Below, piece after piece: positions 14,167 to 23,980 of a DNA stretch of 64,000 bases (position 1 is the stretch's first letter; each line of letters opens with the position of its first letter). Under the pieces are notes generated by a model that was not told where the DNA came from, searched no databases, and saw only the letters and a program-made list of their open reading frames with translations. Origin of the DNA: Lama guanicoe (Eukaryota); the NCBI GenBank assembly GCA_013239625.1, contig MU053934.1, positions 2,498,399-2,562,398 on the forward strand. Direction: 5' to 3'. Both the position numbers and the translations under genes were made by a program.

Positions 14167-14333
14167 CTGTGTATCGGAATCCGTGGATGAAGCCCCCAGC
14201 AGATTTTCGGTAATCCACGGAGTGGCTGGCGGTACCCAGGACAAAGAGACCGCGGCTCCCTTTGGACTCGTAGCTAGCTCTGACCAGTGGGTATTTCTTG
14301 CTGAACTCACCCCCTGAAGAGAGTCGGAGGGAC
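14167..14333 (-). CDS. FOXRED2: FOXRED2 coding exon 4 ([17 protein letters not shown]...[10 protein letters not shown]); not in the ORF track
   Basis: Translated by hand; ctcacag|G ... ACAG|gtgagc; 167 nt. Confidence 0.95.
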
Positions 14334-15274
14334 CTGTGAGCAGAAAGCGTTGTTAATAAAATTAGATGCTGTGGGTGGAAGACTTTTTATAGGCCTGGCA
14401 CTGAGTTAAGTACTTAATTCCTTCTCGAACGTAAACCACATCACGACCCTAGGAGGCAGGTATGATCATCTCTATTTAACAGAGTAACTGAGGTTCAAGG
14501 TGAAAGATATGGCAGGTCAGGGACAGAGCCAGGAATCGAGCCAGACTTGAGGCTGGGCTCTAGGTGAAAACTGAGCCCTGCGTGACTTGATGGGACAGGA
14601 GGGTCTGTTCAGGCCCTCCTGTTTCTCTGTGTCCACCTGTGCCTTGGCCGGAGGAAAGGGAGACACTGGTTCTTTCATACAAAGCCTTGCCAAGGTCCTG
14701 AGGCAGCAGTGTCTAAAGATGAGGATCCCTAAAGCAGTTATTCAAAACACGATTAAAAACGATGTGAGCAGCTGACATTTTATGGAGTATATAGTACTTG
14801 CTGAGCACTTTCCTACGTGAATCCTCACAATAGCCCTAGAGAAAGAAGCTATGATTCCCATTTTAGCGATGAAGAAAGCAGAGTACAGCTTGGCTAAATA
14901 ACTTTCCGAGGGCTCACAGAGTTGGTAGGTAGAGAATCAGACTGACCCCAGAGCTGTGCTCCTAGCCACATGCCACACTGCCTTTCAATGAAGCCCCCTC
15001 TTAATTCTGTCTCAGCTTGCTCTGCCTTCTCTCGGGTAGAGAGAACACAGATGAGGGCTTGCTGCTGCGGCCTCCTTGCAGCCACCCCACCTCCCCCACT
15101 GCCCTGGACAGAGAGCTCGTGTCCTGGATGGGAAACCAGGCGGCATCTGCATCCGTGCTGAGGGTGCAGTCCCGAAAACCCTGCCCCTGGCCCACTGGAC
15201 CGCCACTTGGTTCCCCTGGGGAAGGGCCAGCGGGATTTGCTAGAAGCTGCAACCCCTCCCCCGTTTGGACTCAC

Positions 15275-15538
15275 TTGCTGAAAATGGAGAAGTCGAAATT
15301 CCAGCCCAGGCAGCGGATGACCCGGTCGTAGGCCACGCGCATGGCAAAGTTGTCACTTTCGTCCTGGGGGAGGGTGATGGCGTCGGCACTCTGGTTGTTT
15401 TCCTCCAGGAAGAACTTCAGGGTGATGTGGAACTTGCCCTGGCGGTCCTTCACGATGGCCAAATCCGTCAGGTCAGACTCAAGCAACCCGTCCAGGGACT
15501 TCAGCTGGTAGGTGTCCAGCAGGCCGTTGTTGATGGCC
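15275..15538 (-). CDS. FOXRED2: FOXRED2 coding exon 3 ([11 protein letters not shown]...FDFSIFS)
   Basis: ccccag|G ... AGCAA|gtgagt; 264 nt. Confidence 0.96.
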
Positions 15539-15687
15539 CTGGGGCCCGGGAGAAACATCAGGAGAGAGAAAGGCATCTGTGCAGGTTTCAGGGAGACTCA
15601 GAGGATGGGGTGGTTAGGCAGGCGGGAGTCAAGGATGGCTCTAGAGGGGCTGGTGGCACAGGATACACAAGCAGCTGCCCAGCGTAC

Positions 15688-15939
15688 CTGAGGTCGCCAA
15701 CGTAGTGAGTGGCCCAGGAGAGCCGGACCCGGGAGCGGCTCAGCATGTGGATGAAGTTGGTGACACCCAAGATGTTCTCTGCCGTCTCAAAGGCTGAGTT
15801 CCCCCGGCCCAGGATCAGCACATTCTGACCCACAAAGTCCTTGGGGTCCACGGACACAGACTCGTAACCATCCACGTATTCAGAGCCAGGGAAGTCAACC
15901 TGGTTGGGGACTGATAAGCCGGTGGCTACCAGAAGTACA
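15688..15939 (-). CDS. FOXRED2: FOXRED2 coding exon 2 ([11 protein letters not shown]...ILGRGNSA...HYVGDL)
   Basis: ctgcag|T ... CTCAG|gtacgc; 252 nt; contains the second dinucleotide-binding motif GRGNSA. Confidence 0.96.
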
Positions 15940-16370
15940 CTGCAGGTAGGGGACAGAGGGAGGATGGCTTAGCCTCTTAGCTCCGAGCCCCCTATGTGAA
16001 AATCCCACTCTGCAAGTACCACCTGGCTCGCCTGCCTCACCCAGACTGCTGGCTCCTAAACGAAAACAGGCCATTCCTTAGCTCACCTGCTACTGACCTG
16101 ACCCAGAGCACCCGAGATCTTACCTGGCCCCTCACTGAGTGACCCAGGGGGTACAGTGTCCTTTACACCTTGCTGGGGTTATACCAAACACAAGACTTAG
16201 TTTTACTCTCTGACTGAGGAGAGGGTGACACCCTGAGATATCCAAGAATTCACTTAATTTTGAACACAGCGACCACAGCAAGTGCCACCCTCCGTCAGGA
16301 AGATGAAACTTGATGTTCTGCTTCCCCCTTTCTTACTTGCCTGGCAGATGCAGAATCTGCCAAGCAGTGA

Positions 16371-16479
16371 TTTTTTAAAAAATGTTTTAAATTTATTTTT
16401 TGAATGGAGGTACTGGGGCTTGAACTCAGGGCCTCGAGCATGCTAAGCATGTGCTCTACCACTGAGCTATCCCCTCCCC
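16371..16479 (-). mobile_element. tRNA-derived SINE (camelid Vic-1-like)
   Basis: Minus strand: ggggaggggatagctcagtggtagagcacatgcttagcatg...gagttcaagccccagtacctcc plus A-rich tail; pol III A/B boxes; flanking cagtga repeats. Confidence 0.85.
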
Positions 16480-17064
16480 GCCGTGGAACAGTGACTGTAC
16501 GAGGCCTTGTACTAAGTGCTTTATGCCTCATCTTACTGCTCACAGCAACTCTGCGTTGGTGTCATTTGGCCTGCTTTACAGGTGAGGAGACACAGGTCCC
16601 AAGTGGGCCCACAGCCTCCAAAGATCCTCCGACAGCAGAGCCAGAATCTGACCACAGACCAGCCAGATTCCAAAGTCCTGCTCTTTATACTGGTGGGGAT
16701 TACACTCCGGTGGTGGGCAGCCTGGGAGCTGGATCCTGCCAGCCTGCAGAGGAATGGTCTGATCACAAGGTAGTTTCCAAAACAGGTCTGAGTGGCCTGG
16801 AGAAGGGGGCATGTGTAGCCCATTGCTCCTTAGTGTCTGATCTGTCCACTCTGCTCACATTTGACTCCTCTACGCTGTAGCACTGCTGCCTAAGATGAAA
16901 GGATCCAAATGAGCACAACCCTGCTCTCCCTGGGCTGTAACCAGCAAGGAGCAAGGCTGTACCTCTGGCTAAACGCATGAGATGAACTCTAATCGAGCAC
17001 CTGCCTGCAGCCAGGTGCCAGGCTGAGTGCCAGGGAGAGGCAGCCTGGTGCAGCGTTAAGAACA

Positions 17065-17240
17065 CAGGCTTCAGAGTCAGGAAGATGTGAGCTCAAACGG
17101 CAGCTGTGCCACTTACTAGCTGTGTGATATAGAACCAGTTACTCAACTTCTCTGAGCCTCAGTTCTTCATCTGTAAAACAGGGATCAGTGAACCTCCTTC
17201 AGGGGTCCTTGTGAGAATTAAACAAATGCAGTATCGCGTA
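17065..17240 (+). mobile_element. MIR SINE
   Basis: Core ctgtgccacttactagctgtgtg...tctgagcctcagttcttcatctgtaaaacaggg. Confidence 0.75.
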
Positions 17241-17780
17241 TAACTCTTGAGTCTGGGTTGTTTACACAATATTAAGTTTTCTCCCAAGCCAAAGCAAGCG
17301 ATAACTGAATGCTGGCAGCACTGCCAGTTGCGCTCCCTTGTTCAGTTCTGAAATCCTACTGAGTTTGTCTAACACTTGCTAGACACTTGCTAGCATTTCC
17401 CAGAATTTACTGTGGGGAATACTAGTTCCAGGAGATGCTCTACAAAAAGGGTTTTGTGAGTGCCTAAGCTTAGACAATGCTGAATACTCTGCCCAGTGCT
17501 GGAGTGCCTCAGTGAGTATGGAGATACTAAAGACTGAAAAATCCTGGAGGAAAGACATGGTCAGAATGCTCAAACATATTTGAGCACACACATTTCTAGG
17601 AAACACGTGGGAAATGATGGCTGAACTGAACCTCTCAGGACTGGATTTCAGCAGGAACAAGGATTAGCAGAAATGCCCCTTTCCTCCCATTTCTCCCACA
17701 GCTATGGCCGACCAATGGACCGCCTTCTTCTGGGAAAGGCCCCAGCTTCAGCAGGTGAGCTCTGGAGCCCAGTTCCTTAC

Positions 17781-18331
17781 CTGCACTGGTATGCCTGGCC
17801 TTTCTGGTCGGTCAGGATGAAGTAATGGCCATTCCAGGCCCGTCGATCCTTGTTCAGAGTGACGTGGGCAATGGTGGTGTTGTACAGCACGGGGAGCCCC
17901 AGCTTGTCAGCGAAGTCGCGCAGGTAGCGCACCATGTCACCTGCATCGGGGAAGTAGGCGCTCGAGTAGTGTCTGAAGAGCAGCTGGGGGTCGTGGCTGA
18001 GCAGAGAGTTCCAGTCGTGGCGTAGGTTGAACTCCGCGTTGGCCTTGCCGGTGTAGCGCTTGTTGATGCTGAGGAGCTTGCGGTGCCGCGGGTAGCGCGT
18101 GAAGAAGCTGCCAGGCCCTGGGGCGCGTTCGAACACCACGTAGTCCCTCCCGGCGCGCTGCAGGAAGTAGGCCATCTGCAGGCCCGCGGGCCCGGCGCCC
18201 AGGACGCAGTAGTCCCGGTGGTGCCGGGGAGCCCAGGCCCGGGCGGAGCGCAGGGAGAGAGCCGGGTGCAGGGCGACGGTCAGGAGCAGCCCCAGGGGGC
18301 CCCACAGCGGGGCCGCGGCGGAGAGGCCCAT
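17781..18331 (-). CDS. FOXRED2: FOXRED2 first coding exon ([10 protein letters not shown]...[18 protein letters not shown]...GQAYQC); FAD-dependent oxidoreductase domain-containing 2 (ERFAD)
   Basis: ATG at 18331, 1 nt after acceptor ccgtag|G; donor GCAG|gtaagg; 551 nt; signal peptide and GxGxxG motif; joined CDS 2073 nt = 690 aa with no internal stop. Confidence 0.96.
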
Positions 18332-18779
18332 CCTACGGCAGACCAGACGCGTGAGGCCTCGGACCCCAGAAGGCCCCTTGAGGCCGGGGCCATGGGCGAG
18401 GAACCAGGGCCCAGAAAGAGGCCGGGGCTGGCCGGAGCGCTCATTACGACTTAGGGCGGAGCCAGGGCCAGAACCCAAGGACCCCTGAACTCACTTGCCC
18501 CGACTCTATCCTTTTAAGCTCGTTTCAAGCTTTGGCTCCCCCAGAAGCCCCGACCCCCTCCATCTCCCTCAGGACCTTGGTTTCTAGGGGCGCCAGACTC
18601 TTTATTGTCATGCTAACAAGATGGTGCACGTTCCCCCCAATTTTCCCTTTTAGTGGCGCCCCATACCCTCCAGGGACCTCCCAAGGCTAGACCCTCGTGG
18701 TTCACCTCTTTTGGGCCATGCCCCCGCCCTCCTGGCTCTAGCCTGAAGAAGGTGTGGCCTGAAGGTCCCCCAGACCAGG

Positions 18780-19185
18780 GCCAGGCGCCCCGGGCTCTTC
18801 GGTCACATGACAGGGATGCCCAGGCACACCTGCCGCGGGGCGGCGCGAAGCCACCCTCCTGCCGGCGCGCTCCATCCAGGAGCCGCTCCCCACGCGTGCG
18901 CGTTGCCCACGCCCGTAGCTCCCGCCTCCCCAGCCCGCCTGCCCACCCCCCGCACAGAGCTCAAACCTCCCAGCCGCTCCGTAGACAGCCCGCAGCCGAG
19001 TCAGGCCGCGCTCTGCCGGCCCGCGCCGCGGCGGCGGCGGCCCCGCCCCTCCCGCCCGGCCAATGGCAGGGGGCGGGGTCACGTGGCGGCGCGCGTCACG
19101 CCAGCCGGGCAGGGAGAGGCGGGCACGTGCTGCTCCGCGGGCTGGCGAGCGCCCGCCGGTGGTGGCCCGGCTGAAGAACGCATCT
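18780..19185 (-). promoter_or_regulatory. FOXRED2: FOXRED2 CpG-island promoter
   Basis: Very CpG-rich; GC boxes (ccccgcccc, ggggcgggg), CCAAT at 19060-19064, E-box GTCACGTGG at 19078-19086 and a second CACGTG near 19124. Confidence 0.8.
18830..19030 (-). other. FOXRED2: Putative non-coding exon 1 of FOXRED2 (5' boundary uncertain)
   Basis: Candidate donor GGCAG|gtgtgc at 18830/18829 inside the CpG island, just downstream of the promoter motifs. Confidence 0.4.
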
Positions 19186-19625
19186 GGCAAGGGGGCCAAG
19201 GCTCTTTAAAGCTATGCTTTTCCTCGTGTAACGAAGTCATGGGAGCAGACGATTTGGGAAGATAATCCTAGCTGTTACACTTCATTAATGTAGCCAAAGA
19301 CTAGTTGGTTACCCACTGGAAACCAGGTTGGGGAAGCCAGGACAGATAAACCAATTAACAAGTGTTCGCTACAGTGACTCAGTATTGTTTACCAAATAAC
19401 TGTATATGAGTGACTTAATCTTCCATCAAGCAGAAGAGGAGTGCCAGGATTGTTTCCAATGTAATGTAGCCGACTGTCCTAATGGAATTTAAAGGTGATT
19501 TCCTTAAGATCACACAGTTAAGAAGTAGAGTGTGGAATTAAAACTCCCCCTTTAACTCCAAATTATGAACTCTTTCCAAGTTTTTTTTAAAAAATTGATT
19601 CATGAATCATGTTTTATGTGCTTGG

Positions 19626-20801
19626 TGTTGAAAAATTGTCTAAGGAAGAAACAGGATTTTATTTGAGCCAACCTGGGGATTATAAATCGGGAGACACTCG
19701 TTAAGAAAGCTCTGAGGATTGTTCCGAAGAGGTAAGGAAAGAAGGTCGGTATATATGTGCTTTTGATGAAGGGGTACATGCGATCGAGCAGCCTTCTCGT
19801 GGGGAACAGGTATCTTTATCGTTTTAGTGCTTCTGTTAAGTGTGGGAAGACGCAAGAAACTGGGTTTGTAACATTTCCTCCTGAAAATATCTGAGGGCCA
19901 GTTCTGCCAGCTTCCATAGAACACAAAGTGCCTCATCCAAGTCCCCATCCTGAATTCTTTTCAGGGTGTGTTGTAGGGGTGTATTGTAGGCGACTGCAGG
20001 GGCTAATGACTTGATTGTTGTAGAACTGGATGGTGGGTTACACTCTTTATTTTATAATCCCTTCCCTTTCGGTCTTAATTTCAACTAATGTTTGGGAGGC
20101 ATTTTGTGACCGATCTGTCCTACACCGCGAAGAATGCTCATTCTCAGGCAGGTCAGGCAAGGATTTCCTTGATAGGTCACTTGATGTGCTATTACTGGAC
20201 TAGACCCTATTAACAGCAGCCAAGAGCCTCTGGCTCATGTCTTACTAGTCTGTTATAGTTCAGGAAATGGTCCCCTCTTGTTGCTTCTTCCCATATCTAG
20301 TTACTGATCTCCTAGAATTATGTATGTGGTCAGTCATTTCAAGTTGCCTAGTCATTTTTTTTTTTTTGTTGGGGCTCTGTCACACATTTGATAATGCAGG
20401 AAACAGTAATCTTATAAAACAGGCAGGAGACAAGTAATATAGCTAGTAACATTAATAAGTAAGTTATTAAGCTAAGAACTTCCATTAGGTGCAGCCCAGT
20501 ATCTCCTCAGTTCATGACTAGTCTGTTACATACTGGCCTTGTACACGAAGTTCACCAAAGATGTCTGCATGGACAAGGTGAGTGGTGGGTCATCGTGACC
20601 CCTTACAGGACTAAGAAATGAATGTTATCTTCTAAGGAGTTATGTGGCTGGCACATTTATGGTTGAGCAGGCATCACTGCCATTGGGGAGGTCTGGTTAA
20701 CACATAATGCAGATAGTTGTACGATGCACACTAGAGGGAGGGAGGGTTTTATGTTGAAATCTTCCTAATCTTGCCTTAAAATGTCAATTTTTATTTCATC
20801 A
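19626..20801 (-). mobile_element. ERV1-like (MER41/MER4-group-like) long solo LTR
   Basis: TG...CA termini, imperfect 4-bp TSD ttgg/ttag, minus-strand TATATA (19750-19755) upstream of AATAAA (19658-19663); family name from recall. Confidence 0.7.
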
Positions 20802-22745
20802 TTAGTAATGTAAACAAAGTGGCTAAAAACAGTGTAAAGACACTTAAACACAAAGCCACTGCTCACACACAGCAATGGTGTTGCTTCAGTAGAGGCAATG
20901 TGGAGAATGACAGGATGACCCTGACCTGCCGTTCAAGTGAACGGGATGACCTGGGCTGGCTTCCCAGATGTGGGATGTGGATCCTGCATGAGAATTGTGC
21001 ATTTATGAGGAAGGTAGAGGAAAACTCGAGGGGTAAAGTAGTCCAGCGAGATGGGGCTGAGGGTTCTGGTGGGAAGGCAGCCATGCTTAATGTGGAAAGA
21101 ACCCTCTGACCTTCCAGCTTTGCATGGCAGGAGCTTCTTTTCATTAAAAATCACCCCTGGGACCTCTCCTGAGGTCTTCCTTGAGCTCTCAGACCTAAGT
21201 ACCCCCTAAGGAATGCCATTTATCTGTCTCTTTCATAGCCTGTATCAGCACCAGAGAAAAGCTCCATTAGAGCAGAAGTGATCTTCTTCACTCTAGTGCC
21301 CTTGGGGCTTTCATGCACCAGTATGACATGTAGGAGGCTCTTAGTAATTTGTTGAATCAACACTGAAACCAGACAAAAGTGCCTAACCAAAAATGAAGTA
21401 TGGAGGTCTACTTCTTAAAGGTCGGGAAGATTATGAGAATGGGTGCAGGCAAATAATTCAGAACTTAAAAACAGTTGCTTGTCTTATTTTGCATTGGGAA
21501 ATTAGGGCTGGTAAATTACGGTGGGGCCTTCAGACTAGGCTCAGCCTGGATTGTAGGCAGCAGGTTTTACGATCAGGGCTATTTGCGGCAATCAACTTGG
21601 TGGCCCCAGGCAAGAACAGATAAAAGTAGGGGAATAGATGAAAGAAATGAATCATGTGGAGGTTGACACAAGATGTTTTGGGAGAATGAGCCTGAAATTA
21701 ACTTCCACTTGCCCACCTGCTCCAACTAACCCTGCTGGATTGCACCCTGGGTGTGCAAGAGGCCTGGGGAGGACCAGCTCAACCCTGAAACCCTGTGACA
21801 CTTGTCACACTACTTTAATGGGAAATTTCTAACACTTCATCTACACTGAAAACTTATCAAGAAGAACAGTTTATGCTCCATTTTCCTAGTAATGCTAACA
21901 ACAAAGTCCAATAAATTTTTGCGTGTTTTCTGAGGCTCAGTTATTTTAGATAAAATTGTAACTTTGGGAATGTTCCTTGAGCTGAACCAGTTTCCTCTTC
22001 TGTACAATGGTATCACTTCCACCAGCATTACAATTCTGTCAGGGTCAGATGAGGTATTTGTAAAAACTGAGTGCAATAACCTGGCAGGGTAATTACTTCA
22101 CAGTGTCAAGAACAGGACACTGTACACATGTAAAAAGTTTATACATCCTAAACACCTGGAGCTCCGAATTGTGCATGACAGTCTTTGAGGGTGCCATCCT
22201 GAGAGTCCATCACCAGCCCAAGCCAAACAATTTATAAACCACTACAATCACCACCCAGTGGAACGTCCATCAGAATCTTCTGGGGCCATCTCCTTCATCA
22301 GCAGCGACCCCAGCCCAACCTTCAAAGACAGCCCCGCCTCACCCTTCACCAGTGATGTGTGTCTCTACGGGCAGCAGCTGGGCCGGGCACACAGCCAGCA
22401 GGTACTCTTGCCAGGGGAATGGGCTTCTTGTGGGGACCTCACCATGGACATCAGTTCCCAGGAAAGGGTACTTTCAAGGGATTCCAAGAACAGGAAAACC
22501 CAGGGCATTCACTGTGACAGGTTAAAACTCCTAATGCTCAAGAACAAAGGATGGCAGAACATTGTAAACTGACTCTACTTCAATTTAAAAAATGGGGGGA
22601 GGGACAAAGGATGGGGCGAGATTATGAACCCCCCAGACTCTGCTGTCTCCCCCTCTCCCTCTCCCAATGGCTACCTGGAGAAGGAAGGGGCTGGCAGTCA
22701 CGACGTAGGCACGTGATGAAGGTAAGAGACTAAACAGACCGATGC

Positions 22746-22751
22746 TTTATT
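22746..22751 (-). terminator. EIF3D: EIF3D polyadenylation signal AATAAA
   Basis: ~100 nt after the TAA, followed on the minus strand by GU-rich cggtctgtttagtct. Confidence 0.85.
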
Positions 22752-22847
22752 CCAACTGTCAGCTTCAGAGAGTGAGAATCAGACAAACGTTCCACTAAGC
22801 ATCCAAGGCCTTGCTATGCAAACTCCAGCTCCGTATCACCATCTGGC

Positions 22848-22861
22848 TTAAGTTTCTTCCT
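22848..22861 (-). CDS. EIF3D: EIF3D exon 15 coding part (EEET*)
   Basis: tctttcag|AG GAA GAA ACT TAA; completes the 1647-nt CDS (548 aa). Confidence 0.93.
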
Positions 22862-23301
22862 CTGAAAGATACAAAAGCCATGTCAAACTGGTGGAACTGG
22901 TGAATTGCTTATGATTTTCAACACCTCCCCTCAGAAGTTAAACCTTACAGGTCCTTGTAGGACTAACAGGCATTTCCTTTGGCCACCAACTGGTGAAGCA
23001 GGCAAGGGAAAGCTCTCAGGCCGCGTAACTAACCTGGAGCACTCTCCTCCCTCAGACACTGGCTAACATCGGGGACCCCAGCGCTCCTTCCGCACCCCGG
23101 CCTCTACAGGACCACTCTCCTCAACCCTTGCATGCGATCTAAAGGCTCCTGAAGCAGCTCGTGGAGCCAGACTGAATGCTAGTGATGTCCCACAGAATTC
23201 TCAAGCAGCTTTATATCGAGGTTGGAGGACTGGGCTACAGAGCTCTGTCCCCAGCCAGCCCACCGCTCACTCCAGACCCTGGAGCGAGGCTTACTACAAA
23301 C

Positions 23302-23585
23302 CTTCTTCTTCCTCTTCCTCCTCCTCCTCCTCCTCGTTGTCCTCGTCCGAGCTGAAGGTGCCGTCGGGCAGGCTATAGACGCGGATGACCTGCTTGTTGG
23401 GGTCCTTGAGGATGAGGTACTTGCCCTCCTCCAGCTTCATGCAGATGTCGATGACGCAGCGCAGGATGCCCCAGGCATTCTCCACGCTCAGGTTGATCTG
23501 GCTGGCAAACTCGTTGGGCTTGAACTGCTGGGTGCCCAGGATGACGTGGCGTGAGGAGTCTTTCACGTGGTACCGGGACACGTAA
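23302..23585 (-). CDS. EIF3D: EIF3D exon 14 (YVSRYHVKD...[10 protein letters not shown]...)
   Basis: cgatag|T ... GAAG|gtttgt; 284 nt. Confidence 0.96.
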
Positions 23586-23784
23586 CTATCGGGGGGAAAG
23601 GGGTATTACGGTGGGGGCAGGCCGGCCCAGAGACACAGCAAGGCCCCGGGCCGAGTATCAGTGAAACGGTGACATGTGGCCTGATGCGCGTCCCAGGGGA
23701 AAGGGGAAAGGGCAAGCCCTCCTCTCCCGACCCGCAGACCCCTCCTTTCAAGATCGGCTCCCAGGTCCCGGCCAGGAGTCTCAC

Positions 23785-23927
23785 CCAAGCTTGAGGTACT
23801 CAGAGCCGGCCAGCAAAGCACAGCAGGTCCACCGGGCCAACTTGTAGCTGTTATTCTTCAGCTCGGTGGCAATGACGGCCCCCCGCTGAGAATCCAGCTT
23901 CTGACGCCAGTCCACGCCGTTGCAGTG
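23785..23927 (-). CDS. EIF3D: EIF3D exon 13 ([14 protein letters not shown]...SEYLKL)
   Basis: ccacag|CAC ... CTTGG|gtgaga; 143 nt; translated by hand. Confidence 0.96.
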
Positions 23928-23944
23928 CTGTGGAGGGAAGGCCC

Positions 23945-23980
23945 CGGTTATGGAAGTGAAGGCGGTTATGGAAGTGAAGG
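23945..23980. repeat. Exact 18-bp tandem duplication (cggttatggaagtgaagg)x2
   Basis: Read directly: 23945-23962 and 23963-23980. Confidence 0.95.

Noticed and set aside
16400..16479. tRNA gene (A and B boxes), also at 37.5, 47.0, 49.4 and 50.4 kb
   Set aside because: A-rich tails, TSDs and degenerate stems show these are SINEs
18332..18478. 49-codon N-terminal extension of FOXRED2 in the ORF track
   Set aside because: It starts at a non-ATG codon and lies upstream of the splice acceptor at 18333-18334, so it is intronic; the real start is 18331
19060..19086. Canonical ERSE (CCAAT-N9-CCACG) or ERSE-II
   Set aside because: Spacing and orientation do not match either consensus
18653..19265. 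150-170 aa ORFs over the FOXRED2 CpG island, and similar ones at the EIF3D island
   Set aside because: Low-complexity R/A/P/G translations expected from stop-poor GC-rich DNA; no recognisable domain
23294..23301. ORF-track ending EEEGL* as the main EIF3D C-terminus
   Set aside because: A GT donor at 23301 and exon 15 (EEET*) give the expected 548 aa; GL* applies only if the intron is retained
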